DNA of 64,000 nt from Candidatus Harrisonbacteria bacterium CG10_big_fil_rev_8_21_14_0_10_40_38. Lineage in GTDB: Bacteria > Patescibacteriota > Minisyncoccia > UBA6257 > 1-14-0-10-40-38. The notes beneath the pieces were generated by a model. It saw only the letters and a list, made by a program, of their open reading frames with translations. It had not been told where the DNA came from and made no database searches. This document shows, one piece after another, positions 10,616-20,344 of the stretch (position 1 is the stretch's first letter; every line of letters starts with the position of its first letter). Location: the NCBI GenBank assembly GCA_002773535.1, contig PFAZ01000001.1, positions 89,273 through 153,272 of the forward strand, in the 5' to 3' direction. The position numbers were made by a program, and so were the translations under genes.

Positions 10616-11218
10616 CTATTGCGCCTGTTGTGGTGAATTAAAATTTGCTACCACATCACGATATTTTGAATAATCCGGTAAATCTTCAAGTTTTTCTAAA
10701 CCAAGGTGACGAAGAAGATCAAAACTTGCTCTATATGCGTACGCATTGCTTCGCTTCTCATTAGATACTCTCTCTATAAGCCCTCTTAAAACAAGCATTC
10801 TTAAAATAAAACTTGAATTAACACCTCTTATGTATTCGATTGCAGCCCTAGAGATCGGACCTGCATAAGCAATAATAGAAAGCGTCTCAAGTGCCGCAGG
10901 TGTTAGCGTTTCGCTCATCTCATCTGTGACAATCGCTTTTAAAACATGATTAAGTTTTGGTTTGGTTGCTAATTGAATTCTTTCATCGGAAACAAGAAGG
11001 TTTAACCCACGCTCTTGAGATTCATAAATTTTTTGAAGGTGTTCTATTGCAGAATCAACATCTTCCTTAGAAAACCGCATTCCATCTGCAGAAAGTGACT
11101 CATTTAAAACAGATAATATTTTTTTCCGCGCTATTGGTTCACCATACGCAAAAAGGAGCGCTTCAAGCGCCGCCGCAGTGTCCTGTGGGGATTGATTTAT
11201 ATTGGTCTCTTCTGGCAT
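10616..11218 (-). CDS. scpB: segregation and condensation protein B
   Basis: 200-aa tandem winged-helix ScpB-like sequence directly downstream of scpA. Confidence 0.75.
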   Translation of the reverse strand: MPEETNINQSPQDTAAALEALLFAYGEPIARKKILSVLNESLSADGMRFSKEDVDSAIEHLQKIYESQERGLNLLVSDERIQLATKPKLNHVLKAIVTDEMSETLTPAALETLSIIAYAGPISRAAIEYIRGVNSSFILRMLVLRGLIERVSNEKRSNAYAYRASFDLLRHLGLEKLEDLPDYSKYRDVVANFNSPQQAQ

Positions 11219-11271
11219 AGATGCTTATAAAAGTATTGTAACAAAAATACAAAATTCGTGAAGACGCAAGT

Positions 11272-12030
11272 CTAATTTTCCGTTTTTTGCTCTTTTCTCT
11301 TTAAAACGATATCTCCAAAGTGTTCTTCCTGTTCAATATGAATTGAGTGCTCTCTAAAAAGATGAAGCACGGCTAAAAAGAGCGCGATTACCTCCGAGCG
11401 GGTTTTCTGCATCGTTATTGATGCAAAACTGTGCTGTGCCGCATCACGAAATCTCGTCAAAAGCTCCTGAATCTTTTCTTTAAGGCTGATTATTTTAGAT
11501 TTTACTTTTTCCGGCTCGGGAGGAGCTATAACCGATATCATCTCGGCGATCTTGTTTATGTGCAAAGAGAGGTTTGCAATGCTTATATTTGTTGCAGGAA
11601 CAAAAAAAGTCTGTTGACCAAAAAGCGCTAAAAACGATCTCACATGCGCCGCCTCGCCATTAGCCCACATCGAACTTATGTTATTACTTGCCGATTGTTC
11701 AGATGTTTCTTTTCCACCCCTCGCTGAAAATTCTTTATAGATAAGAAGACGCATCTCAAGATCCTTGATGTCTGCCTCCTCGTCTTCATTTAACGAAAGA
11801 GACGGAAGCAGAACTTTTGACTTTAAAAGCACCAACTTTGCCGCCACAACCAGAAAATCAGCAAGGATAGAAGGGTCGATATCCTCTTCGGATTTTTGGA
11901 GGTGATCAATAAAATCCGCCGTCACTGACGCAATGGTGATAGCCGTTATCTCGAGTTCTTTTGTCTCGATTAACTCAAGGAGCTTATCAAGCGGCCCCGT
12001 ATATTCTCGAAGTGATATTTCGTAAGTCAC
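11272..12030 (-). CDS. scpA: segregation and condensation protein A
   Basis: 252-aa kleisin-like ScpA, adjacent to scpB. Confidence 0.75.
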   Translation of the reverse strand: MTYEISLREYTGPLDKLLELIETKELEITAITIASVTADFIDHLQKSEEDIDPSILADFLVVAAKLVLLKSKVLLPSLSLNEDEEADIKDLEMRLLIYKEFSARGGKETSEQSASNNISSMWANGEAAHVRSFLALFGQQTFFVPATNISIANLSLHINKIAEMISVIAPPEPEKVKSKIISLKEKIQELLTRFRDAAQHSFASITMQKTRSEVIALFLAVLHLFREHSIHIEQEEHFGDIVLKRKEQKTEN

Positions 12031-12056
12031 GGATATTTTTTACCCAATTATTAAAT

Positions 12057-13547
12057 TTAAGGCAATGGTAATAGTGAATTCCTCTGATAAATATTTGAAG
12101 GGCTCCACAACATCCAACCGGTTACAGGCGCGCACGGATACAGGTCGTCAACAGTAATCGGTGGCATTGATGTTGATTCCGGTTTTGGAAATTGCGTTGC
12201 GCAAGTAGCAGCATCTCTCCCCGCATCATAAGTCGCCTGCATTTGTTTCCTTATCGTTTCAGGTGTGTATATCGCTCCCAAGTCAAAGCTTTGCAACCAT
12301 GGCCTTAACGTCGCCAAGCGAACTTTTGGTTTCGGCTCTTCGGTCGGTGTCGGGGTTGGTGTTGGAGTCGGAGATGTTGAGCTTGATGGAGACGGAGTCG
12401 GTTCCATGAATTCATCAGGAGTAGGAGTTGGAGAAAGTGTTGGTGTCGGAGTTTGAATTGGGGTAGGAGTTGGCGGCGCGAGCGCTATATATAATTTCCT
12501 AATTCTCTCAACAGCGCCGGAAATAGATTCATACACAACTTCATAAGGATGATCCGCTGGGTTTTTAAAACCTCTAAATCCTGACTGATAATGTGACGGA
12601 TAAACCATGGGAGCAATGTAATCAAAATACGGAAGAGCCGCTTCAAGATACTGCCCTATCCCCAAGTCGTCATAAGCCACAGTAACCAGACCAAACAAAT
12701 CCGCAGAAATGATATCGCTAGAAAGTGTTTTTCTAAGGTATGCAAAAAAAGATTCGATTGTTTTCTTTCTTGCGGTTTTCTGATCCCAAAATGGATATGT
12801 CGCATCAGCGAGATCTCCATCAGAAATAAATCGAATATAATCAAAATTCACTTCATCGATTCCTCTGTCAAAAACCTCTTTGGCAATAGACGCATTATAG
12901 GCCCACGCATCCTCCGAGGCAGGGTCAATCCATGAAAGGCCTTTTCTATCTTTCCATACCCCTCCGGTAGAGAGGCTCTTTATTGCCAAATCAGGCCTCG
13001 CAAGAGAGAGTCTCGGATCCTGAAAAACCGAAAGTCTTCCTATTACATATATACCCTCGTCATGAAACTGTTTTATCAAGCTATTTAAATGAGGTATTCG
13101 CACATCAACTGCGTGATATTTTATTGGCGCCTCAAGTTCAGTGTTGTATAAAACATAACCGGAGTAATCCTTTATATCGATAACAATTGCATTAAGTTCG
13201 GTTTTTTTAATAAGGTCAATAAAATATTGCACCTTTTGCTGATTTCCAGCTGACCATCCGGTCGCATATATAGCCTTTATTATTTTTGGCGGGTCAGAAA
13301 GTTTCTGTTGTGGTTCTATATCGGGTCCGCCCCTACTCCCTAAAACCTGCTCGGCAGGTGATGGGCTTGGACTAGGCGTTGGAGTTGGAGACACCGTTAC
13401 TTCAGGAGATTTTTTAGGCGTTTTTGATGGTATTACATTTTCCGTAGGAAAAACCTCGGTCGTATGTGCCGGAACGTTTGCGTTCGCCAAAAAAAACCCG
13501 CCCAAAACGATTAATGGAAAAAACACAAATACAAAAACCGAACGCAT
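12057..13547 (-). CDS. secreted glycoside-hydrolase-like TIM-barrel protein (DUF4015/GHL-type) with Pro/Thr/Ser-rich linkers
   Basis: Signal peptide; two PTPTPSPSP low-complexity linkers flanking a central domain resembling putative glycosyl-hydrolase-like families. Confidence 0.5.
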   Translation of the reverse strand: MRSVFVFVFFPLIVLGGFFLANANVPAHTTEVFPTENVIPSKTPKKSPEVTVSPTPTPSPSPSPAEQVLGSRGGPDIEPQQKLSDPPKIIKAIYATGWSAGNQQKVQYFIDLIKKTELNAIVIDIKDYSGYVLYNTELEAPIKYHAVDVRIPHLNSLIKQFHDEGIYVIGRLSVFQDPRLSLARPDLAIKSLSTGGVWKDRKGLSWIDPASEDAWAYNASIAKEVFDRGIDEVNFDYIRFISDGDLADATYPFWDQKTARKKTIESFFAYLRKTLSSDIISADLFGLVTVAYDDLGIGQYLEAALPYFDYIAPMVYPSHYQSGFRGFKNPADHPYEVVYESISGAVERIRKLYIALAPPTPTPIQTPTPTLSPTPTPDEFMEPTPSPSSSTSPTPTPTPTPTEEPKPKVRLATLRPWLQSFDLGAIYTPETIRKQMQATYDAGRDAATCATQFPKPESTSMPPITVDDLYPCAPVTGWMLWSPSNIYQRNSLLPLP

Positions 13548-13611
13548 TACACAAAGTGTAGCGGAAAACCGTTATTCGCTCTATAGGAAAAAAACCTGTG
13601 AAAAACTTTAT

Positions 13612-13641
13612 TTGACAGCAACCGAAAATAAATTGTATGCT
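13612..13641 (+). promoter_or_regulatory. sigma70-type promoter (TTGACA-N17/18-TATGCT)
   Basis: Consensus -35 hexamer with correctly spaced -10-like hexamer upstream of the GC-rich ORF. Confidence 0.5.
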
Positions 13642-13716
13642 ACACTCCAGTTCGTTAATTGAAGAAGAGTGCCACGCGGTTGTGGTATCGAGTTACCCTG
13701 CAAAAGGAGCAGTGTT

Positions 13717-14325
13717 GTGGCGAATCAAGCAAGCGCGACCATCGAAAGCCTCATCCCTCACATCAGCGCAGAAGAAGACTCAGAAATGAGAGATCAGGTG
13801 ATGGAAGTTCTCGCTCCGATTGAGAATCTCGCCGATTCGGAATATATACTCGCAAAAAAGAAGAGTTTCAAAGCCACGCGAGTCAAGGAAGCTATTGAAG
13901 GGTTTAGGGGGGAAACCCTCGACAAGGTTCATGTCATTTCTGTAGGTCAGCGCGCCTTTCATAGAATTATAAGACCGAGATATCTTCTGCTTGTTCGCGA
14001 TAGTGATTATATGAATACAAGGCAGTCCCTAAAAAAGTCAAAAGGCCCAAATGCGCTTTCGCACGTAAACGGTCCACTTCAGGCTCTTATAGATAATTTG
14101 TGGGAGGCCTTTCTAGACCGCTACCAGAAACCACTCGGGGGCAGTACGCTCACCCCAGCTGTCAAATCAACTATCACCCACGTGGTCACCAGCTATGTGC
14201 TGTCTGCAAACGCATGCGACACGAGGAACATGATGCGGTTCGCGCCTCTTCTAGAGGTCATCACGCAATGCATCCCGGTCGCTCATGAAGGCAACTCCAA
14301 AACATGGCATCTCCTGGTAGACTAG
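13717..14325 (+). CDS. hypothetical protein, compositionally GC-rich
   Basis: ORF with RBS AAAGGAG 7 nt upstream of GTG at 13717 (the tracked ORF starts at 13669); GC visibly higher than flanks; terminator hairpin 14349-14376 plus T-run. Confidence 0.5.
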   Translation: MANQASATIESLIPHISAEEDSEMRDQVMEVLAPIENLADSEYILAKKKSFKATRVKEAIEGFRGETLDKVHVISVGQRAFHRIIRPRYLLLVRDSDYMNTRQSLKKSKGPNALSHVNGPLQALIDNLWEAFLDRYQKPLGGSTLTPAVKSTITHVVTSYVLSANACDTRNMMRFAPLLEVITQCIPVAHEGNSKTWHLLVD

Positions 14326-14379
14326 GCACAGCGCCTAGGTTTCACCGCCCCGCCGGCTCGCCTGTATAGCGAGTCGGCA

Positions 14380-14530
14380 TTTTTTTACTAATTTTTCATA
14401 TTTCATGTCGCATTCCACATGCCACATTCCACATTTTACATTCACTATGTCGCATTCCACATGCCACAACCTTAATTAGAAATTAGATTAATTAGTAATT
14501 TTCTCATTCCCCATAATTCATATTTTCGCG
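14380..14530. repeat. intergenic repeat block: two copies of ATGTCGCATTCCACATGCCACA core plus ATTAG hexamer array
   Basis: Core motif at 14404-14425 and 14446-14467; aattagaaattagattaattagtaatt follows; related copies at 215-245 and 59960-60290. Confidence 0.7.
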
Positions 14531-14571
14531 CCATTTTACTTTTTGACATTTAAACCGTAAATTGAATCTGT

Positions 14572-15675
14572 ATGTCAGTAGCCATTTATCGCAAATACAG
14601 ACCAAAAAGCTTTGGAGACCTATTAGGTCAGGAACATATAATAGAAATCCTCAAAAACGCCGCCATAAGAGACCGTATTGCGCACGGCTATCTTTTTTAT
14701 GGCACGAGAGGTAGTGGTAAAACGACAGTGGCGAGAATTTTGGCAAAAGTGGCAAATTGCGAAACTCGCGCAAAAGACAAAAAATTTCACGACAAAGGAG
14801 AACCATGTAACACCTGTCCAAGATGTATCGAGCTAGACGAAGGTCGCGCGCTAGATGTTGTCGAGATTGATGCCGCCTCAAACAGGGGCATAGACGAAAT
14901 CAGGTCACTAAAAGAAAGTGTACGACTCTCCCCCACAGTAGCAAAGCACAAAATTTATATAATCGACGAAACTCATCAGCTCACCAAAGAGGCATTTAAC
15001 GCTCTTTTAAAAACTCTTGAAGAACCACCTGCTCACGCCATTTTTATTCTGGCTACTACAGAATTTGAAAAAGTCCCCGCCACTATCAGTTCTCGCACCC
15101 AAAGATTTCATTTTAAAAAACTCCCAATAGAATCAATCATCAAAAAACTTGAGACTATTTCCAAAACCGAAAAAATGGATATAGAAAAAGATGCCATTGA
15201 GCTTATTGCGGCAGTTGCAGATGGCTCATTTCGTGATGCAGAAACTCTTATTGACCAGATAACATCACTCGAAGACAAAGTCACGGTTGAAAGCGTGGAG
15301 AAGATTATCGGTAAAGTCGGTTTTACAAGAATAGCCGAGCTCGCAGGATTTATTCTCGAAAACGATCTTAACAAATCTCTTGAATACATTGCCACTTTTC
15401 AAAATAACGGATTAAACATTGTAGACCTTGCAAAAGAGCTTATTCACTATCTCCGCCGCGCGCTTGCCCTCAAAGCAGACCCAAAACTCGAAGAAATATT
15501 CAAAAATGACCTCACAGAACGTGAGCGCGAAACCTTAAAATCCCACAGCGAAAAAATAAACCCCGAAAAACACATATCGCTTATACGAGACCTTATTCGC
15601 AGCTATTCGGATATGCGATATTCCCCTTTCGCGAGTATTCCTCTCGAAGTAACCCTCATTGAACATTTGAAGTAA
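14572..15675 (+). CDS. dnaX: DNA polymerase III subunit gamma/tau (short form)
   Basis: Walker A GTRGSGKTT, zinc-module CxxC...C, clamp-loader AAA+ N-terminal domain; 367 aa. Confidence 0.85.
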   Translation: MSVAIYRKYRPKSFGDLLGQEHIIEILKNAAIRDRIAHGYLFYGTRGSGKTTVARILAKVANCETRAKDKKFHDKGEPCNTCPRCIELDEGRALDVVEIDAASNRGIDEIRSLKESVRLSPTVAKHKIYIIDETHQLTKEAFNALLKTLEEPPAHAIFILATTEFEKVPATISSRTQRFHFKKLPIESIIKKLETISKTEKMDIEKDAIELIAAVADGSFRDAETLIDQITSLEDKVTVESVEKIIGKVGFTRIAELAGFILENDLNKSLEYIATFQNNGLNIVDLAKELIHYLRRALALKADPKLEEIFKNDLTERERETLKSHSEKINPEKHISLIRDLIRSYSDMRYSPFASIPLEVTLIEHLK

Positions 15676-15750
15676 AAAACTTGCTCTTTTTAAAATTTTA
15701 TTGTAGAGTATAAAGTAGTACATTAGGTTTTTAAGAAACGGAGGACTCCA

Positions 15751-16074
15751 GTGTCTAATCTTGACTGCGTCAAATGCTCAAGCAGAGGCAATGATCATGT
15801 TTTATGTGTGAGTTGTACTATTGAATTTTTTTCTGCATGGCAAACTCAGCCAATTGCTATTTCTTGTCCAAGTTGTGGAATACATCCCATCGAAGATGAG
15901 CAATTTGAGAAGATATTTCCTACTCACAAACATGACCAAGGAACGCGCATCGCGATTATCTACAAAAAAATTTGCTGTCTGTGTAGTGACTATCCGGAAG
16001 CAAGGTACATTATTCGTGTTTCAAGTCCACGCTTCAAACTATTGAAAAAATCCTCCGAAGAATCCGCTGTTTGA
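15751..16074 (+). CDS. small Cys-rich zinc-ribbon protein (hypothetical)
   Basis: Multiple CxxC pairs (CVKCS, CVSC, CPSC); RBS GGAGG upstream; terminator hairpin 16059-16090. Confidence 0.45.
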   Translation: MSNLDCVKCSSRGNDHVLCVSCTIEFFSAWQTQPIAISCPSCGIHPIEDEQFEKIFPTHKHDQGTRIAIIYKKICCLCSDYPEARYIIRVSSPRFKLLKKSSEESAV

Positions 16075-16107
16075 CAGCGGATTTTCTATTTGAAAAAATA
16101 AACCTAT

Positions 16108-16656
16108 ATGAAAGGAGGTGGTTTCGAAACATATAGGGGTCAGGATCTCGAAATGGATATTTTGGGCGAAAATGTAAAACCCGAAGCAAAATACGACGGC
16201 AAGTATAAACAATTCAAAGAATCCCTTGATTTAGTAAAAGAAAATCAACCGGAAGGTTGGGATCCGAAAGACCCACCTGTAGCACCTACTTCATTTCCTA
16301 GTGATCTTCACTTATTTGTTACTGAAGCTCTGGAAGCTGATGGAGAAAAAGAAGGTAGTTTAAAATTTTTTGATGCGCTTGGTAGTCATTTAGATAAACT
16401 TCACGGCATAGACGCATTTTTTACATACGAAGTTGAAGTAAAAAAGGGACCAAGAAAGGAAGCAGTCGTAACTCTCGATCTTACAGAAAATCCTAAAAAA
16501 GCAGACCGTGGCGCAAAAGCAGACGTTATTTTATATATTCCGGAAGGCGTAAATTACGAAGCAATGACATCAGAAGAAAAAGAAGCTTTTCTGGATAGTT
16601 ATGCAAAAGCCATAGCCGCAGGACTCGAAAGCCAGCTAAAATCTCATGCCGCCTAA
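16108..16656 (+). CDS. hypothetical acidic protein
   Basis: 182-aa ORF; ends at bidirectional terminator 16667-16695 (cccctcgcga...tcgcgagggg). Confidence 0.45.
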   Translation: MKGGGFETYRGQDLEMDILGENVKPEAKYDGKYKQFKESLDLVKENQPEGWDPKDPPVAPTSFPSDLHLFVTEALEADGEKEGSLKFFDALGSHLDKLHGIDAFFTYEVEVKKGPRKEAVVTLDLTENPKKADRGAKADVILYIPEGVNYEAMTSEEKEAFLDSYAKAIAAGLESQLKSHAA

Positions 16657-16716
16657 AAAACAAAACCCCTCGCGATTCTCTCGCGAGGGGTCAGGAAAAA
16701 CACATGGCTTTTCTAC

Positions 16717-17082
16717 CTACATATCTCCGCTTTTAAAAGTACCTCCACCAAAACAATCACCCTTGTCTTCGTCGCCCTTCTCTCCTTTAGAGTCCCTTGT
16801 TTCAGGAAAGTAGTGGATTTCTAGCCGAGTTGTACGGTCCCTGAAAATCTCCGGATAGTACTCGACTATTGCATACTGTTTATTCTTTGATATAACGTTA
16901 TTGAAGATTGAGAACCGTCCATGTTCTGGAACAGCCACTGTCCTTGAAGTCGTGAATTCATCATCATAAGTAAATACACACACACCTTCCGTTTTGTTGT
17001 ATACAAACGAAGTAAACGGAATCCTCTCCTCCACCGCGCAACCGGAAACAACAACAAAGACGAGAACCAGAAGAGTACGCAT
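16717..17082 (-). CDS. putative lipoprotein
   Basis: Signal peptide with lipobox-like VVSGC. Confidence 0.45.
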   Translation of the reverse strand: MRTLLVLVFVVVSGCAVEERIPFTSFVYNKTEGVCVFTYDDEFTTSRTVAVPEHGRFSIFNNVISKNKQYAIVEYYPEIFRDRTTRLEIHYFPETRDSKGEKGDEDKGDCFGGGTFKSGDM

Positions 17083-17173
17083 CTATCGCCTCCTTCAGAA
17101 AGCTTATGTAAGTGCCAAAGTAACTGCCAAGATAGTATCCTATTTTACCAAATTTGTCCAGCCTATTTTTCTG

Positions 17174-17755
17174 TTATAAAAATTTCCTTCGCAAAACTAT
17201 CATCCCCGTAAGTGAGGTGTTCATAAGAACCATCGATACAGGATATAGATAAGTTACCGGGTTAAATGCCCCAAGAGCCGCAAATGCCACAGCAAATTTC
17301 AAACCATTTAAAAAATAAGTTGTAGCAGTTTCCTCATAAGGTCTATAAAAAGCTTTTTTAAATGTAGGGATAAAGCCCAAGATTCCAATTCCTATTGCTA
17401 TCAAAACCGTGAAAAGCGGGTCCTCGGTATATTGCCAGATTCCAATCCCCGAAAAAGCGCCAACAAGACTTACCTGATCAATTACTTTTATCGAGCTCTT
17501 GTTCCAAAAAAAAGCTACAACAGCGATCACAAAGCAAACAACCGCCGTAAGCGCAGTAGCCCAAGTTCCTGTTCCCCCGCCTCGAGACAGTTGTGCAAAA
17601 AATATCGTCCCTGCGAGTATGCTCCATATAAGCCACGAAAAAGGATCTGGCCTTGTTTTTCCTTTAAATAAATCACGAAAATAAAATGAATAGCTGATAA
17701 GCCCTATCGCAATAGTCGAAAAACCCAAGATAGTCGCATATTGAAACATATACAT
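17174..17755 (-). CDS. integral membrane protein (hypothetical)
   Basis: Multi-TM hydrophobic ORF; start placed at internal Met; the tracked ORF extends to 17830. Confidence 0.45.
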   Translation of the reverse strand: MYMFQYATILGFSTIAIGLISYSFYFRDLFKGKTRPDPFSWLIWSILAGTIFFAQLSRGGGTGTWATALTAVVCFVIAVVAFFWNKSSIKVIDQVSLVGAFSGIGIWQYTEDPLFTVLIAIGIGILGFIPTFKKAFYRPYEETATTYFLNGLKFAVAFAALGAFNPVTYLYPVSMVLMNTSLTGMIVLRRKFL

Positions 17756-17815
17756 AGAATAAATTAAGCAAAAAAAAGACGCCACTCTCACGAAGAGGCT
17801 AGGCGTCAAAGAAAG

Positions 17816-18034
17816 GACGGTACACGGCAAGTGAAGTTAAGAAGTGTCTCTTGAAAGAGCGGACGGAGAAGGGCGAGAAACAGGTTGGGTCGTCTCGGGC
17901 CAACTTGGGTCACCCAATAACGCTCCACAAAAGAAATAAGCTGAAATGAGATGGGTTTGAAGTCGAATTAGCCTCAAATCAGCAAAGTGTCTGAAGAAGA
18001 CACAAATACCTCAAAATCCCCTGCCGTGTACCGA
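17816..18034. ncRNA. candidate structured RNA (class unassigned)
   Basis: 12-bp perfect long-range stem CGGTACACGGCA / TGCCGTGTACCG enclosing ~195 nt of GC-enriched sequence with several local hairpins; 380-bp non-coding gap. Confidence 0.3.
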
Positions 18035-18138
18035 ATGTGAAAGTCAAAGAACAGTTCATGAAGTATATTTTCCCCTTAACAAAAAGTCAAATAAAAAACC
18101 AAAGAAACCCAAATACATAATTTCTGGTTTTAGATAGC

Positions 18139-18435
18139 ATGAACAAAAACCCAATCATAAACGCGTTCGCCGCGTCAGCCTATATAGTAGGCATCGTTTT
18201 ATTAATCAATCACATAACGAAAGTACTAAGCGATAATGGTGACAAGCTCATTATTCCAATCCTCATGCTTTCCCTATTCACGCTCTCTGCCGCTGTTATG
18301 GGTTTTATTTTTCTTTTTATTCCAATTCAAATGTACCTCGATGGCAAAAAGAAAGAAGGCGGCATGCTTTTAATAAAATCCGTAGGTGCTTTCGCAGTTA
18401 TCACTTCAATAATTCTTATTGTAGCCCTGGTTTAA
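18139..18435 (+). CDS. small membrane protein (hypothetical)
   Basis: 98 aa, three hydrophobic helices. Confidence 0.45.
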   Translation: MNKNPIINAFAASAYIVGIVLLINHITKVLSDNGDKLIIPILMLSLFTLSAAVMGFIFLFIPIQMYLDGKKKEGGMLLIKSVGAFAVITSIILIVALV

Positions 18436-18453
18436 AAGTGGTATAATTATCTC

Positions 18454-19020
18454 ATGAACCCAAAAAGATTTTTTATCGGCAGAACAATCGGATTATTAGT
18501 TGTATTAGCATTGGTTGGTATTTTTTTTCTCATAAAACCAAGCACAAAAACACCGGACAATACAGACAAAACTGGTATCCAAGGTTATAAAGATGCCACT
18601 TACAATATTGATGGCTTATCAGTAAAACTCGTAAATGGATATGCGGAAGATGAAGCCGCTCCAGATTCTGCTGAAAAAATCATCACAAAATATTTTGGCA
18701 ATGAAGCCAAGGGTGACCTAAATGGCGATGGTCTTGAAGATGTTGTATTCCTACTGACGCAAACATCAGGCGGCACAGGAACTTTTTACTATGTTGTTGT
18801 CGCCACACAAATTCCCGTTAAAAGTATGGGTTACATCGGCACAAACGCAGTCCTTTTGGGCGACCGCATAGCACCACAAACAACAGAAATAAGAGACGGG
18901 AAAATTATCGTAAATTATGCAGATCGCGGCCCAAGTGAACCAATGTCCGCAAAGCCAACAATCGGAGTTTCTAAATATCTCATTATCGAAAACAACCGCC
19001 TCGTAGAAACTCAGCAGTAA
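18454..19020 (+). CDS. secreted/anchored hypothetical protein
   Basis: N-terminal TM anchor, DGxxDxD-like Ca-binding-like motif (GDLNGDGLED). Confidence 0.45.
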   Translation: MNPKRFFIGRTIGLLVVLALVGIFFLIKPSTKTPDNTDKTGIQGYKDATYNIDGLSVKLVNGYAEDEAAPDSAEKIITKYFGNEAKGDLNGDGLEDVVFLLTQTSGGTGTFYYVVVATQIPVKSMGYIGTNAVLLGDRIAPQTTEIRDGKIIVNYADRGPSEPMSAKPTIGVSKYLIIENNRLVETQQ

Positions 19021-19024
19021 AAAA

Positions 19025-19363
19025 TTACTTTATCCTGTTAATCTTCGCCGCTAAGATAAAATCATTTTCCGTTAAGCCACCAATCGCATGAGTCGAATTA
19101 ATAAGCCTTACTTTGTTATAAGAAATATGGATATCGGGGTGATGTCCCTCCTCTTCTGCTAACTCGGCAACAGAGTTTACAAACTTCATAGCCGTCTTAA
19201 AATCATCAAACTTAAAATCTCTCGAAATCTGTTTCGAATTTATTCCAATCTCCCACCCCAACACTTCAGCCATATAGGGTAAAGACTGTTCTCGTGTAAG
19301 CGGCATTACCCCACCCTCACACGGCACGCACTTTTTCTTTAATAAATTATTTTTCACAAACAA
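19025..19363 (-). CDS. pterin-4-alpha-carbinolamine dehydratase
   Basis: E-x-x-HHPD...W signature of PCD/DCoH (EEEGHHPDIHISY). Confidence 0.7.
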   Translation of the reverse strand: MFVKNNLLKKKCVPCEGGVMPLTREQSLPYMAEVLGWEIGINSKQISRDFKFDDFKTAMKFVNSVAELAEEEGHHPDIHISYNKVRLINSTHAIGGLTENDFILAAKINRIK

Positions 19364-19383
19364 ATTTTACCACAATTTCCAAT

Positions 19384-19728
19384 TTACAATTCATAATTTC
19401 TAATTTTTAATTCACGTCTTAATTTCCTATAATCCGGAAAAACCCTCGAAACTAAACCCCAAAACCTCGGCGAATGATTAAACTCTTCGAGGTGACAGAG
19501 CTCATGGACGATTACGTAGTCTCGGAGAATTGCCGGCAGAAAAAATAATTTATAGTTAAAATTCAAATTCCTTTTTTCACTACAACTTCCCCAGCAGGTT
19601 TTTTGATTTTTAATAAATATCCGATTAAAAGAGTGATCATAAATCTGGTTAAAATAGCCAACCCTCTCATGAATCAACCTCCTCGCATCTTCCTTGTATT
19701 TCTTATAATGAAACTTCGTAAGCCGCAT
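19384..19728 (-). CDS. YgjP/DUF45-like metal-dependent hydrolase (HExxH)
   Basis: WGSCS...VHELCHL motif arrangement typical of DUF45. Confidence 0.5.
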   Translation of the reverse strand: MRLTKFHYKKYKEDARRLIHERVGYFNQIYDHSFNRIFIKNQKTCWGSCSEKRNLNFNYKLFFLPAILRDYVIVHELCHLEEFNHSPRFWGLVSRVFPDYRKLRRELKIRNYEL

Positions 19729-19834
19729 ATAACTAAATTTTAAATTATTTTTCTATTTTTATCCCCTGTTGTTAAGTTTTGAAAAAATTCTTTTGCTATA
19801 ATCAATATGATATTACCAACTAACAAATTTTTTT

Positions 19835-20221
19835 ATGTTCAAAATAAAAAAAGAGACAGTCGTTGTAACAACCTCCGCCCTCCTTACAGTTGTTGCCGCG
19901 ATGCATTTATTGAGAATTATTTTTAACGTCGACATTAAGATAAACGGCACAAGTCTCATGATCTGGCCGAGCTACGTTGCTGTTTTAGCTCTAGGATTCC
20001 TCGCAGTTCTAAATCTTGAATCAATAGAAAGAAGGAATAAGACCACTTGGATAAAGTTTATTATGTGGCTCTTTGTACTCGACGCCATCGGGGTCTTCTA
20101 TTCATGGATGAGCAATCTTAGCTACTGGGGCATTTCAAGGAATGGATTCGGAGTAATCACACTTTTTGATGTTTTAATTGTCATCATTCTCGCGACAAGC
20201 ATAAGAAAAGCCAATCGATAA
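19835..20221 (+). CDS. membrane protein (hypothetical)
   Basis: 128 aa, 4 predicted TM helices; followed by terminator. Confidence 0.45.
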   Translation: MFKIKKETVVVTTSALLTVVAAMHLLRIIFNVDIKINGTSLMIWPSYVAVLALGFLAVLNLESIERRNKTTWIKFIMWLFVLDAIGVFYSWMSNLSYWGISRNGFGVITLFDVLIVIILATSIRKANR

Positions 20222-20240
20222 ACAATAACATATCAAAAAA

Positions 20241-20278
20241 CACCTCATATGCCATTAAATATATGAGGTGTTTTTTTA
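20241..20278 (+). terminator. rho-independent terminator
   Basis: acacctcatat...atatgaggtg hairpin followed by T7. Confidence 0.7.
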
Positions 20279-20311
20279 GGAAAAAACCAATAAAGTAAAG
20301 GAAAATTAACT

Positions 20312-20340
20312 ATTGACATAAACAGTATATTATGATAATA
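20312..20340 (+). promoter_or_regulatory. strong sigma70 promoter with extended -10 (TTGACA-N17-TGaTAATAT)
   Basis: Perfect -35, 17-nt spacer, TG-extended -10. Confidence 0.65.
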
Positions 20341-20344
20341 TATC

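Noticed and set aside
12265-12456. ORF encoding [10 protein letters not shown] repeats
   Set aside because: It is the antisense of the Pro/Thr-rich linker of the 12057-13547 gene; the repeat is a mirror of PTPTPT codons.
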